Shown: piece by piece, positions 39,086-49,513 of the stretch | How positions within the stretch are numbered: the stretch's first letter is position 1 | How the letters are laid out: each line of letters begins with the position of its first letter | DNA from: an uncultured Methanoregulaceae archaeon | GTDB taxonomy: Archaea; Halobacteriota; Methanomicrobia; Methanomicrobiales; Methanospirillaceae | Assembly (NCBI GenBank): GCA_963717525.1 | Contig: OY970343.1 | Span: forward strand, 160,001-224,000 | Reading direction: 5' to 3' | DNA: 64,000 nt | Position numbers and translations under genes: made by a program | Notes under the pieces: generated by a model | The model's database searches: none | What the model saw: the letters and a program-made list of their open reading frames with translations, nothing else | Told to the model about the DNA's origin: nothing

Positions 39086-40271
39086 ATACGAAGTCCTCGT
39101 TGTCGGTGGCGGTCCTGCCGGCGCGCTTGCTGCCCGGACTGCGGCAGAGAAAGGGCTCTCGGTCTGCCTTGTGGAAAAGCGTCCCGCGATCGGTGCTCCC
39201 GTCCGCTGTGCCGAAGGAATTGGTAAGGAGGCACTCGCTGAGTTCATTGCACCCGATCCACGCTGGATCTCCGCAGAGATGACCGGTGCGGGCATTGTTG
39301 CACCCGATGGTTTTGAGATGACGCTTGAGTCCTCCCTGGCCGGCGGTAAAGTCGGGTACATCCTCGACCGCAAGGTCTTTGACCGGGAACTGGTCTGGCA
39401 GGCAGCAGATGCCGGGGCGGATGTCTATGTCAAGACCCGGGCCTCCGCACCGATCATGCACGAGGGCCGGCTCAAGGGAGCGCAGGTCGAGTACTGCGGT
39501 AATTCGGCAAAGGTCATGGCCGATGTCGTGATCGCGGCCGATGGTGTTGAGTCGAAGTTTGGCAAGTGGTGCGGCATCGACACAACCGTCCCGGTAAGAG
39601 AGATCATGAGCTCGGTGCAGTATGTCATGACCGATATCGACATCAACCCGCATGCCACGATCTTCTACCTGGGTAACGAGGTTGCACCCGAAGGGTACCT
39701 CTGGGTCTTCCCCAAGGGAAAACGGGCTGCAAATGTTGGTATCGGCATCTCCGGCAGGAAGAGTGGCAAGGGGCACCGGGCCAAGGACTACCTTGACCGG
39801 TTCGTGAAGCAGAAGTTCCCGCATGGCAAAACTATAGAATGCATCGTTGGCGGGGTCTCGGTCTGCCGGCCACTGGAATGCACGGTCGCAGACCACCTGA
39901 TGCTCGTGGGCGACGCGGCACGGGTGGTTGACCCGCTCACGGGCGGCGGCATTTACAACGCAATGTACACCGGCAGGCTCGCGGCAGAGGTCGCGGCAGA
40001 CTGTATCGCAAAAGGCGACCTGTCCAAGAAAGCGCTGATGGTCTACGACCAGGAATGGCGAGCATCCAAGATGGGAAAGAGCATCGAGCGCAACTACCAT
40101 ATCAAGGAATACCTGATCAAGCAGCCGGATGAAAAACTCAACGCCATCATCCATTCGGTCTCGAAGCTCGACTTAAAAGAGTTCTCGACACTTACATTAA
40201 TAAAAGAGTTATTGAAAGTTAACCCGAAACTGCTCGTGGAGCTCGGGGCGCTTGCCGCCTCACTCCGCTGA
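39075..40271 (+). CDS. Digeranylgeranylglycerophospholipid reductase (GGR family)
   Basis: [41 protein letters not shown]. Confidence 0.9.
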   Translation: MKSKYEVLVVGGGPAGALAARTAAEKGLSVCLVEKRPAIGAPVRCAEGIGKEALAEFIAPDPRWISAEMTGAGIVAPDGFEMTLESSLAGGKVGYILDRKVFDRELVWQAADAGADVYVKTRASAPIMHEGRLKGAQVEYCGNSAKVMADVVIAADGVESKFGKWCGIDTTVPVREIMSSVQYVMTDIDINPHATIFYLGNEVAPEGYLWVFPKGKRAANVGIGISGRKSGKGHRAKDYLDRFVKQKFPHGKTIECIVGGVSVCRPLECTVADHLMLVGDAARVVDPLTGGGIYNAMYTGRLAAEVAADCIAKGDLSKKALMVYDQEWRASKMGKSIERNYHIKEYLIKQPDEKLNAIIHSVSKLDLKEFSTLTLIKELLKVNPKLLVELGALAASLR

Positions 40272-40377
40272 TTTTTTCAACTGTTTGTTAAGAAGCCGCT
40301 GGCAGTCCTCCGCTGCTTCTTTCTTTGCCGGTTACCAGCATCGCCATTGAAATAATTTGTGTATAAACCTTTATACT

Positions 40378-41019
40378 GTGATCTGCGGGGTTGACGAAGC
40401 CGGAAAAGGTTCGGTCTTGGGGCCTATGGTGGTTGCTGCGGTAGGAGTTCGATCCGCAGATATTTTTTCCGATCTTGGCGTTAAGGATTCAAAGCAACTT
40501 GCGATACAGGAGAGGGAACGGCTTTTTGTTCTCATCAAAAAACGCTGCAGGGTTGCCACAGTCGTGATTCCTGCTGAGGAGATTGATTCTCTACGGTGCG
40601 AGATGACGATGAACTCCTGTGTCGCCCGGGCCCACGCAGAAGTCATCCAAAAACTTGCCCCCAGAACCGCGTATGTCGATGCCTGCGATGTCAACCCGTT
40701 CCGGTACGCGGAGACGGTCCGAAGCCATCTTATAGTTCCCTGCGAGATCGTATCCGAGCACCACGCTGATAGTACATACCCCGTAGTCTCAGCTGCAAGC
40801 ATCATTGCAAAAGTTACCCGCGACCGGGAGATCGCAAAACTCGCAAAAAAATACGGTACTATCGGGAGCGGTTACCCCTCCGACCCTGTGACCATCGCGT
40901 ACCTTTCCGCGTATATTGACGAGCATCACTCGCCCCCGCCCATTGCCCGGAGAAGCTGGAAGACGGTGAGCGCGATGCTTGCAAAAAAATCTCAGAGCAA
41001 CCTCTCTGCTTTTTTCTAG
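40378..41019 (+). CDS. rnhB: Ribonuclease HII
   Basis: GVDEAGKG, KDSK, VSAASIIAKVTRD, GSGYPSDP, C-terminal PIP box QSNLSAFF. Confidence 0.95.
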   Translation: MICGVDEAGKGSVLGPMVVAAVGVRSADIFSDLGVKDSKQLAIQERERLFVLIKKRCRVATVVIPAEEIDSLRCEMTMNSCVARAHAEVIQKLAPRTAYVDACDVNPFRYAETVRSHLIVPCEIVSEHHADSTYPVVSAASIIAKVTRDREIAKLAKKYGTIGSGYPSDPVTIAYLSAYIDEHHSPPPIARRSWKTVSAMLAKKSQSNLSAFF

Positions 41020-41091
41020 GAACCGTGGTGCAATTTTTCATTGAATGCCTCACCATTGCCTTAATGTGGTTATCCAGTCCATGAAGTACAG

Positions 41092-42387
41092 ATGGACTGG
41101 CTCCTTATCCTGATTGCCCTTGTGGCAATCTACGCCATCTCTGCGTATTTTATCTATAGGAAAAAACTCTGGACCGATCACATTATCTTCTACGGCCCGA
41201 TTATGGCGATCAAGACCGCCCGGGTAAAATTTTTCGATAAATTCACGGCGGTACGGAGCTTTTTTAAGGTCTACGGCACAGTCGGGGTCATCGTAGTTAT
41301 CATTGTCTCGGTCTTCATGACCGTGATGCTTTTTGTCTCGATCCGTTATACACTGATTGTCAGGCCGGAGCCGACCGGGATCTACGAGCCCCAGAATATC
41401 CTTCTGCTCCCGGGGATCAACGACTACGTCCCGTCCACCTTTGCGGTCTGGTTTGCGTTCTTTTTAACAATCGTGGTCCACGAGTTCGGCCATGCGATCC
41501 TCTGCCGGGTGGAAGAGATCAAAGTCAAAGGAATGGGCGTACTCCTTGCCGTGATCCCGATCGGCTTTTTTGTCGAACCTGATGAGGAAGAACTCGAAAA
41601 GACCAAAGGTATGCCCAAGGTGCGGATGTTCGGTGCCGGGATCACCAACAACCTTGTCGTGGGCTTCTCCTGTTTCGTACTGCTGATCCTGCTTTTTGGC
41701 ATAGTAGTGCCGGCTACCCAGCCGGCGATCCATGGGATTTACCAGGGATATCCGGCGGACAATGCAAGTGTACCGCAGGGCTCCGTGGTGACCGCCATCA
41801 ACGGAATTCCGGTTGCAAGCCGGGCAGATGTCTCTACGCTTCTCAATACGACAAAGCCCGGGGATAAGATCACCCTTACTGCGGAGAAAGGCGGGGTGTC
41901 GTCCGATTACACACTCACGCTTGCTCCATGGCCGGCGGAGTATGGTACCAACCAGACGAGCGGGTTCATGGGAGTTGAGTATTATGACGGGGGCGCGGTA
42001 AAGGAGGCCGTCGGGACGATGCTTTCCCCGGTCGGTTTCTTTGAATTTTTGATCGTTCCCTTTGCAAGCGGTGACGGGCTGCAGTACCTGCGCATACTCG
42101 CGTTCGATTCTCCGGACACCACGTACTATCAGGTGCCATTTGCCGGGTTCTGGGACGTGATCCACCTCCTCTTCTGGTGTGCGTGGATCAACATCAACGT
42201 GGGACTCTTCAACGCGATCCCGATGATCCCGCTGGACGGCGGCTACATCCTCAAGGAAGGGGTGGACCGGCTGCTTGACCGGCGTGGGCTTATAAAATAT
42301 TCCGGGTACGTGGTCGGAGCGGTCAGCTACGTGATGATAGTTGTCCTGATATCCCTCATCCTTCTGCCATACCTGCTACACATGTGA
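41092..42387 (+). CDS. Site-2 protease (M50) with PDZ domain
   Basis: HEFGH, GAG, FNAIPMIPLDGG. Multiple TMs. Confidence 0.92.
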   Translation: MDWLLILIALVAIYAISAYFIYRKKLWTDHIIFYGPIMAIKTARVKFFDKFTAVRSFFKVYGTVGVIVVIIVSVFMTVMLFVSIRYTLIVRPEPTGIYEPQNILLLPGINDYVPSTFAVWFAFFLTIVVHEFGHAILCRVEEIKVKGMGVLLAVIPIGFFVEPDEEELEKTKGMPKVRMFGAGITNNLVVGFSCFVLLILLFGIVVPATQPAIHGIYQGYPADNASVPQGSVVTAINGIPVASRADVSTLLNTTKPGDKITLTAEKGGVSSDYTLTLAPWPAEYGTNQTSGFMGVEYYDGGAVKEAVGTMLSPVGFFEFLIVPFASGDGLQYLRILAFDSPDTTYYQVPFAGFWDVIHLLFWCAWININVGLFNAIPMIPLDGGYILKEGVDRLLDRRGLIKYSGYVVGAVSYVMIVVLISLILLPYLLHM

Positions 42388-42732
42388 GTGCCGAAAAAAA
42401 CCGGTCTTATTTTTCCATTGCCTTCCACAATGTCACTCAATGGTCTGCCGGTAACGAAAAACATGTTTAATTTTTTTAATCTCCAAAATGCGCGTTTATA
42501 GTGCTATTTTGATATTTCTTAAAAACAAGTTCAAATGCATTTCCGCGGCAGATCGGTTCAGGGATCGATGATTATCCCTTCCCCTTTTCCGGGTTGGTGG
42601 AGGGCGGCTGATAAGAACTTTTTATACCGGTTAAAATGGGTATTTTTTAAAAATAATCGTTTAAATCCGTGCCAGCTGGTTCGTGAATTGTTCGGTACAG
42701 CAGTATCTCAAAAAAGGCGTTATCTGGCCCTC

Positions 42733-43776
42733 CTAATCACGAATCCCTGCCACCAACTTTGCACGTGCATATTCGGCAGGATCGATCCCCCGGGACTGGT
42801 TTACCACCGATTCTAGGGCCACTGGCGCGATCCGGTTTCCCCGGACTCCGACCATGCAACCGAAGTTTCTGGTGTGGATCTGGTCTACTGCCGCTATCCC
42901 GAGGCGGGTGGCAAGGATCCGGTCCTGGGCAGTCGGGCTCCCCCCCCGTTGGACGTGACCGAGCACGGTCACCCGCGTTTCGATCCCCATCCTCCGTTCC
43001 AGTTCTTTTCCCAGAAAATTTCCGATACCGACAAATTTTTCGTGGCCGCATTCATCCCGGTCGCATTCCGGTATTGTTGTGCCGGCAATATCCTCGTGGC
43101 GCGTCCCCTCGGCCACGACAACAATCGAGAATTTTTTCCCTGCACGATGCCGTGCATCGAGGGACTGGCAGATCTCCTCCATGGATACGCGCACTTCCGG
43201 CACGAGAATCTGATCTGCACCTCCGGCCATGCCGGCCGCAAGCGCGATCCGGCCGGACCTGCGCCCCATCACTTCGAGTACCATGATCCGGTGATGAGAT
43301 TCTGCGGTGGTATGGAGACGGTCGATGGCCTCGGTGACCGTAGAGACCGCCGTGTCAAATCCTATGGTGACATCAGTCCCGAAAATATCGTTATCTATTG
43401 TCTTGGGGATCCCCACCAGAGGGACACCCCGGGATGATACTTCGTGTGCGGCGCGGAGTGTGCCATCGCCTCCGATAACCACGAGGGCATCGATGCCCTG
43501 CGTACTAATCGTACGCTTGAGGGATTTGATATCGTCGGAATTTTTCAACGGGTCGGTGCGGGAGGACCCAAGGATCGTCCCTCCCCACGAGATTATCCCG
43601 GAGATTGCATGATCCGAAAGCGGTACGGTATCGTTTGTGATAAGGCCCTGCCACCCGTTCCGTATCCCAATGACTTTCAATCCGCTTGCGATCCCGCTGC
43701 GCACGACCGCCCGAATTGCCGCATTGAGGCCGGGGCAGTCCCCTCCCCCGGTCAACACGCCGATTTTTCCTGTCAT
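42733..43776 (-). CDS. pfkA: 6-phosphofructokinase, PfkA family
   Basis: TGGGDCPGLNAA, GGTILGSSR, IGGDGT, PKTIDND, EVMGR, LGHVQRGG. Confidence 0.92.
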   Translation of the reverse strand: MTGKIGVLTGGGDCPGLNAAIRAVVRSGIASGLKVIGIRNGWQGLITNDTVPLSDHAISGIISWGGTILGSSRTDPLKNSDDIKSLKRTISTQGIDALVVIGGDGTLRAAHEVSSRGVPLVGIPKTIDNDIFGTDVTIGFDTAVSTVTEAIDRLHTTAESHHRIMVLEVMGRRSGRIALAAGMAGGADQILVPEVRVSMEEICQSLDARHRAGKKFSIVVVAEGTRHEDIAGTTIPECDRDECGHEKFVGIGNFLGKELERRMGIETRVTVLGHVQRGGSPTAQDRILATRLGIAAVDQIHTRNFGCMVGVRGNRIAPVALESVVNQSRGIDPAEYARAKLVAGIRD

Positions 43777-44004
43777 GACCCTCCTCACTGTGCTGGTATG
43801 TGCATTTCGCAGGAGAATATAATGATATTTTGTATACAGCCACAGGCTCCGGCTTGCGGATTATACCGGGAACATCGCGGTTACATGAGTTCCTGATGCA
43901 GGGTCTTCCTATGTAATGAACGACAATGGGGTGCCGTTATTCTTTCAGGGTGGAGAAGGGGGGAAGAAAAGAGCGCCCAGTACCGGTACTCCTTCCCGGT
44001 AATC

Positions 44005-44860
44005 TTATTCCCGGAGCAACGCGATCTTGGACCCGACCGGGACACCGGCTTCATGCGCGACTGGCTGGCATTTTGCCGCCATCAGGAACGCAACGGGAGG
44101 GAGGTCATCCCGTTCAAAAAGAGATTCAAAATTTGCCATTCCTTTTGCGATGACAGACCGTACAGTGTGAAAGGGCGTCTTTGAGGGCGGGCGTTGCCTT
44201 TTCAGGATAGATCCCGATCTCGGCGCTCTCGCAGTTTGTGGTGAGACAATCGACAATACGGTCAAGCCCGAGCATTCTCGCATCATCAAGGGTCGCATCG
44301 TTGAGCGCCGGCCGGGCCTTTACTGCGAGCGTGACATGGGAGCCCCGGGATTTCAGGAACTGGATCAGGAGCCGGTCAAAGACGATCTCCCCGCAGTTGT
44401 CACTGAGGTAGACAACCCTTCCTGTCAGCGGGAGGATCCGTTCAGTGTCATCGATCACCAGCCCTTTTGCGAATTCCTGCCGGAAGAATGTGGAAAAATT
44501 GGTTGTTACCGTATGCCCCTTGACGCCGTAATCAAACGTATTCCCGATCACCGAGGCAAGTACAAAGTCCCGGAAGCTGGAAATGCGGGGCCTGACTTCC
44601 CTGCACACGGCGATTGCTTCTGCATTTCCCTGATCCTTGAGCTCCCGGAACGGATCAGGAGTGTTGAGCATCTCGTACGCTTGACGATGGACGTGGCTTG
44701 CGATCTGGGGATGGCTTAACTGAGTATTTTTCAAAGATAAAAGAAGATGGCGGCAGGAGTCCATGGTCCGTTGTGTCGTCAGGGAATCGGCCCCGGCCAG
44801 CCTGCACTCGAGCTGTACCCGGGAGATAAGGCAATCGATGCATGAGTCCGTAATCTTCAC
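44005..44860 (-). CDS. ARMT1/DUF89 damage-control phosphatase (apparent +1 frameshift at ~44157)
   Basis: CIDC, GNTFDYG, DNCGEIVFD, LNDAT. Shifted frame continues VIAKGMANFES..AKC. Confidence 0.88.
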
Positions 44861-44891
44861 GGTACAACACCACAAAAACAAAGTTTGAAAA

Positions 44892-44965
44892 TGGGGCCAT
44901 CGCGATTTGAACGCGAGTCAGAAGACCCCCAGTCTCCTAGGATGGCCAGGCTACCCTATGGCCCC
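44892..44965 (-). tRNA. tRNA-Pro (GGG)
   Basis: GGGGCCA/TGGCCCC acceptor stem, loop CT-GGG-GG, GTTCAAATC. Confidence 0.95.
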
Positions 44966-45056
44966 GCGGTCTTACTATTCGCTCATATTCCATATCTATC
45001 TTGTTATCCAAGAAAAAGAGAATCATTATTATCCCTTGTGGGGGGGGGGTCGATCC

Positions 45057-45254
45057 TTAGAGGTTGCTGCGCTTGAACTCCTCGACCTTCTGGATCAGGC
45101 TGTCAAGCTCATGATCTGTGATCTTAATCTTTCCTTCGATAGCATTGATCTCGGTCAGGAGCTGCCGGATACGGACATACATCAGGTACATGATGAACTG
45201 CTGGACAACGATCACTGCGCCGAATAATACCACCATGTAACTTTCAAATGCCAT
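45057..45254 (-). CDS. Small membrane-anchored coiled-coil protein
   Basis: N-terminal hydrophobic helix followed by a heptad-like charged segment. Confidence 0.6.
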   Translation of the reverse strand: MAFESYMVVLFGAVIVVQQFIMYLMYVRIRQLLTEINAIEGKIKITDHELDSLIQKVEEFKRSNL

Positions 45255-45680
45255 GTGTTCATTCCCGGCGTCCGGGCCCTTCTGATATACGGCTCTGCAA
45301 TCCGCCTACAACCCGCAGCACGTTCTCCTGTCTTGTAAGGCAGGTACAGTGTTTTTCTTCTTTTCCTATAACAGAATTTCCCTTCACCGGCCCGGATAAT
45401 GAAAAATCCCGGGGCTGTGAAATCCTGCGTGAGGCCATTTGTACGACTGTCCCACCAACTGCGATTATCCCACCCCGCTTACTGGTGTAAAAAAACCGGG
45501 ATTTTTATCGGGCCCGGTTTAATTACGGCAGAAGCGGGGTACACATTCTCCGGAACCAGTAGAGCTGGCGTTACTTTCCCGGTAAAGGGATAAATTGACC
45601 CGAAATAAAAAAGATATGTATATATGGTGTCACCAGTTATTATGAAATACAGCGGATAGTGCGCCACAGGAGCCACGGGC

Positions 45681-46040
45681 ATGCTAAAGGATAAAATTGC
45701 GGCATTTGTCGAAAAAATACGAGCGGTCGAAGGGGTGACCGCATGCGCCCTTGTTTCACGTGATGGCATCATTGCCGGGAAATATTTTGACCGTGATCTT
45801 AACGAACCATGGTTTGGCGCTCTCGCTGCCACTATTCTTGCATCCGCTGAGTCGGCAGGAAATCTTATCGGCATGAAATCCCTCGGGACTGTCTCGATCT
45901 TCGGGGCAGATTCATCCATTCTTATCATGGGCGCAGGGGAGCATTTCCTTGTCGCCGCGCTCATAAAAGGCGGCGCACAGCAAAAAGATGCGTGTTTGCG
46001 GATTCATGCCCTCGCTGCAGAAATTGGGCAGGTGATGTAA
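45681..46040 (+). CDS. Roadblock/LC7 domain protein
   Basis: GVTACALVSRDGIIA..GALAATILASAE. Confidence 0.85.
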   Translation: MLKDKIAAFVEKIRAVEGVTACALVSRDGIIAGKYFDRDLNEPWFGALAATILASAESAGNLIGMKSLGTVSIFGADSSILIMGAGEHFLVAALIKGGAQQKDACLRIHALAAEIGQVM

Positions 46041-46670
46041 TTGTATACAATTCTTGTAGTGGATGACAGTCCCTTTATTGTCGATGTCTTTGTCACGATG
46101 CTTGAACGGGGGGGATACCGCACCGTGGCCGCATATGGCGGTGAGGAGTGTCTGGGGATCCTGAAAACCGTGACTCCGGATCTCATCCTCCTTGATATCA
46201 TGATGGAGCCGATGGACGGATGGGAGACGCTGGAGAAGATCAAGGAGAACCCGGCGACGAAGGATATCCCCGTGCTCATGCTCACGGCAAAACAGCTGAC
46301 CCCAACAGAGGCGGAGGAATATGGAATCTTTATCGAGGATTACGTCCTCAAGCCCATCACTCACCGTGAGCTTTACGATGCGATCGAGCATGTGCTCGGC
46401 CGGCGGCAGACCCTCAGGACCGACATGGACCGGGCCCGGCAATCCGGGGTTGATTTTGATATTGTCAACGAATACGCCCTGCTCTCGAAAAGCATTGATG
46501 TCAATAAACGCCTGATGAAGATCCTCGAAACGACCTACAATTTTAATGATTCAAAAATCCGGATCAGCGATGATATCTCACGGGCGTTAAAAAACATGGA
46601 TACCAACATCAAGTTCCAGGAAGCCCGGCTCCTGCAAATTAAAGGAGAACTGGCCGGGAAGATCCAGTGA
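46041..46670 (+). CDS. Response regulator receiver with C-terminal helical domain
   Basis: VVDDS, LLDIMMEPMDG, LTAK, KP. TTG start abutting the Roadblock stop. Confidence 0.88.
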   Translation: MYTILVVDDSPFIVDVFVTMLERGGYRTVAAYGGEECLGILKTVTPDLILLDIMMEPMDGWETLEKIKENPATKDIPVLMLTAKQLTPTEAEEYGIFIEDYVLKPITHRELYDAIEHVLGRRQTLRTDMDRARQSGVDFDIVNEYALLSKSIDVNKRLMKILETTYNFNDSKIRISDDISRALKNMDTNIKFQEARLLQIKGELAGKIQ

Positions 46671-46814
46671 GGGTTCACGCTGGGGGACAAAGAGCAACAC
46701 CAATAAACATTTGAATAATATTGCCCCCATCTAATAGTTATACGGCATTGGCTCCCTGCGCCTTTGGTAATTGATGTACCCTGCATGTAAATCCACGGAT
46801 GATGGAGATTTTGT

Positions 46815-47462
46815 ATGAATGCGACTATCCTGATTGTTGACGATAGCCCGTTCATCGTGGATGGACTTGCGGCTATTCTTTCCCGTAAAGAGTACACACC
46901 CGTCTGTGCCAATGGTGGGGAAGAATGTCTTTCGATCCTCAAGACCGTGACTCCGGATCTTATCCTCCTTGACATCATGATGGAGCCGATGGACGGGTGG
47001 GAGACCCTTGAAAAGATCCGGGAGAACCCGGCCACAAAAGATATCCCGGTCCTGATGTTCTCGGCAAAGAAGATCACTCCTGCCGAAGCCCGGGAGCACA
47101 GCATGAGCATCGATGACTTTGTCTCAAAACCGGTAAGCCCCTCGCAGCTTCTTGAATCGATCCAACGGATTTTCTCCCGCAGGAACGAACTCCTGCTGGA
47201 ACGGCTTGCTGCACAGGACAAAGGTATTGACGCGGCGATGATCGATGAATATACTGCTCTCCGCAAAAATATCGAGGTCGACCGGAACCTGCTTGCAGTG
47301 CTGCGTGCATCGAGCGGGATGGACGTTCCCGGCCGCAATGTCCCCCATGAGGATGTCGATGCGATCCGGAACCTGGAAGATAAGGTATACAAAGAGAAAC
47401 AGCGGTTGCAAGAGATCCACATCCTGCTCGAAAAAATGCCCGAACTCATGCAGGGAAATTGA
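46815..47462 (+). CDS. Paralogous response regulator receiver with C-terminal helical domain
   Basis: Near-identical receiver core to the upstream gene (GGEECL.ILKTVTPDLILLDIMMEPMDGWETLEKI). Confidence 0.88.
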   Translation: MNATILIVDDSPFIVDGLAAILSRKEYTPVCANGGEECLSILKTVTPDLILLDIMMEPMDGWETLEKIRENPATKDIPVLMFSAKKITPAEAREHSMSIDDFVSKPVSPSQLLESIQRIFSRRNELLLERLAAQDKGIDAAMIDEYTALRKNIEVDRNLLAVLRASSGMDVPGRNVPHEDVDAIRNLEDKVYKEKQRLQEIHILLEKMPELMQGN

Positions 47463-47532
47463 GTCCAGATAATTAGAGGTAACATTTAAATATTTTTCTT
47501 GCATTGTTATAATGCTGTACATCTTATTCCCG

Positions 47533-47606
47533 GGGTTCGTAACTCAGTTCGGTAGAGCGCCTGGCTTTTAACCAGGTGGTCGGGGGTTCAAATCCCTCCG
47601 GGCCCG
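47533..47606 (+). tRNA. tRNA-Lys (TTT)
   Basis: GGGTTCG/CGGGCCC acceptor stem, loop CT-TTT-AA, GGTTCAAATCC. Confidence 0.95.
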
Positions 47607-47682
47607 TTACCACGACCAATCGTGGATTTTTTGCGGTGATGCATCTGAGAGGCAATCGTTTCAACTTTAAGGGGGTTTTTCA

Positions 47683-47934
47683 TTGAGCACCAAACTGAAT
47701 GTGTTGAGCCACGTAATGGTGCCGGATCACCAGCTCATGAGCGAGGAGGAGGTATCAGCGCTGCTCTCCCGTTACCATATTACTACGGAACAATTACCAA
47801 AAATCTACCATGACGATCCTGCTGTAAAAGCGATCGACGCAAAAGTCGATGACGTTATACGGATTATCCGGAAGAGTCATACCGCCGGCAGGGCCGAAGC
47901 GTACCGACTTGTTATCAGGAGACCCAAAAAATAA
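47683..47934 (+). CDS. rpoH: RNA polymerase subunit H (Rpo5)
   Basis: [27 protein letters not shown]. Confidence 0.95.
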   Translation: MSTKLNVLSHVMVPDHQLMSEEEVSALLSRYHITTEQLPKIYHDDPAVKAIDAKVDDVIRIIRKSHTAGRAEAYRLVIRRPKK

Positions 47935-47943
47935 GGGCCGGGG

Positions 47944-49513
47944 TTGGTCTATCTGATTGACAGAAGCGTTTTATCGAGGGCATACTTTGCACGGGAGCAT
48001 GTTGCGCGCCACCAGCTTGACTCCTTTAATTATTTCCTGACAGAAAATCTTCAGAAAGTGGTCAATGAACAGAAGATCATCGAGACCGACATCGAGAACC
48101 GGGGCAGGAACAATGATCCGGTCTGGGTCGAACTCGGCAATATCGAAGTAAAAAAACCACTCGTGCGTGAGGCAGACGGATCGCAGGGCGAACTGTATCC
48201 GAGCGAAGCGCGCCTGCGCAACCTCACCTATGCGGCTCCGATCCAGCTCGGTTTGACGCTTGTGCATGGGGAGGACCGGCAGGAGCCGATCGTCACGACC
48301 ATCGGGCAGCTGCCCATCATGGTCGGGTCGGTCGCCTGCAATCTGTACGGCATGAGCGATGATGAGCGCGTCTCACACGGGGAGGACGCGTTTGACCCGG
48401 GCGCTTATTTCATTGTGAATGGTACCGAGCGCGTGCTCATGACCCTTGAGGATCTTGCCTCAAACAAGATCATGACCGAGTTCACCGAGCGATACAACGA
48501 GCGTATCTACGTTGCAAAAGTATTCTCGCAGTTCCGGGGATACCGTGCGCTCGTGGTTGTCGAACGCAACAAGAAGAACCTCCTTGAGGTTTCGTTCCCC
48601 TCTGTCGCCGGGCACCTGAAATTCGTCGACCTGATGCGTGCACTGGGCATGACCAACGACCAGGAGGTCGTGAACGCGGTCTCAACAGATGAGGATATCC
48701 TCACCTTCATGATGCAGAACCTCGAAGAGAGCGAATGCGACTCTGTCGAGGGTGGCGTCATGTACGTGGGGAAGAAACTCGCCCCCAACCAGACCAAGGA
48801 TTACCAGAAGAAACGCGCCGAGTTCGTACTTGACAACTACCTGCTCCCGCATCTCAACTATGCGCTGCCCGGCGACCCTCAAGGAAGGCGACGAGGGCTA
48901 TGCTGAGGCAGTCGCCTCTGTCCGGCTCGCAAAGGCCCACTTCCTCGGCCGCATGGCCGAGGCCTGTTTCGATCTTGTCCTGAACAAGCGCAGGATCGAT
49001 GACAAGGATCATTACTCCAACAAGAGGCTCAAGCTTGCGGGCGACCTCATGGAGGATCTCTTCCGTATTTCGCTCAACCGTCTGACCCGGGACATCAAGT
49101 ACCAGCTCGAGCGGGCGAGCATGCGGCACCGCGACCTTTCGATTGCAACGGCAGTGAGGGCCGATGTGCTCACAGAAAGGCTGCTCCACCCGCTTGCCAC
49201 CGGTAACTGGGTGGGCGGGAGGACCGGTGTCTCCCAGCTTCTTGACCGGGTCGATCACATGGCCGTACTCTCGCACCTGCGCCGCGTCATCTCCCCACTC
49301 TCGCGTTCCCAGCCTCATTTCGAGGCCCGTGACCTGCACCCGACCCAGTGGGGCCGGATCTGCCCGAGCGAAACTCCTGAAGGGCCGAACTGCGGCCTCG
49401 TGAAAAACTTCGCGCAGATGGTCGAGATCAGCAAGGGTGTCAACGATGAAGAGGAGATCATGCGCATCCTGCATTCTCTCGATGTCGAGCACATCCGGGG
49501 TGAGGCAAAATGA
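47944..49513 (+). CDS. rpoB2: RNA polymerase subunit B'' (apparent +1 frameshift at ~48869)
   Basis: [27 protein letters not shown]. Shifted frame: [27 protein letters not shown]. Confidence 0.95.

Noticed and set aside
38913..40154. Long antisense ORFs (also 22881-23960, 60389-61423, 51254-52189 and others)
   Set aside because: They lie opposite well-conserved genes, as expected from GC-rich codon bias, and show no recognisable motifs.
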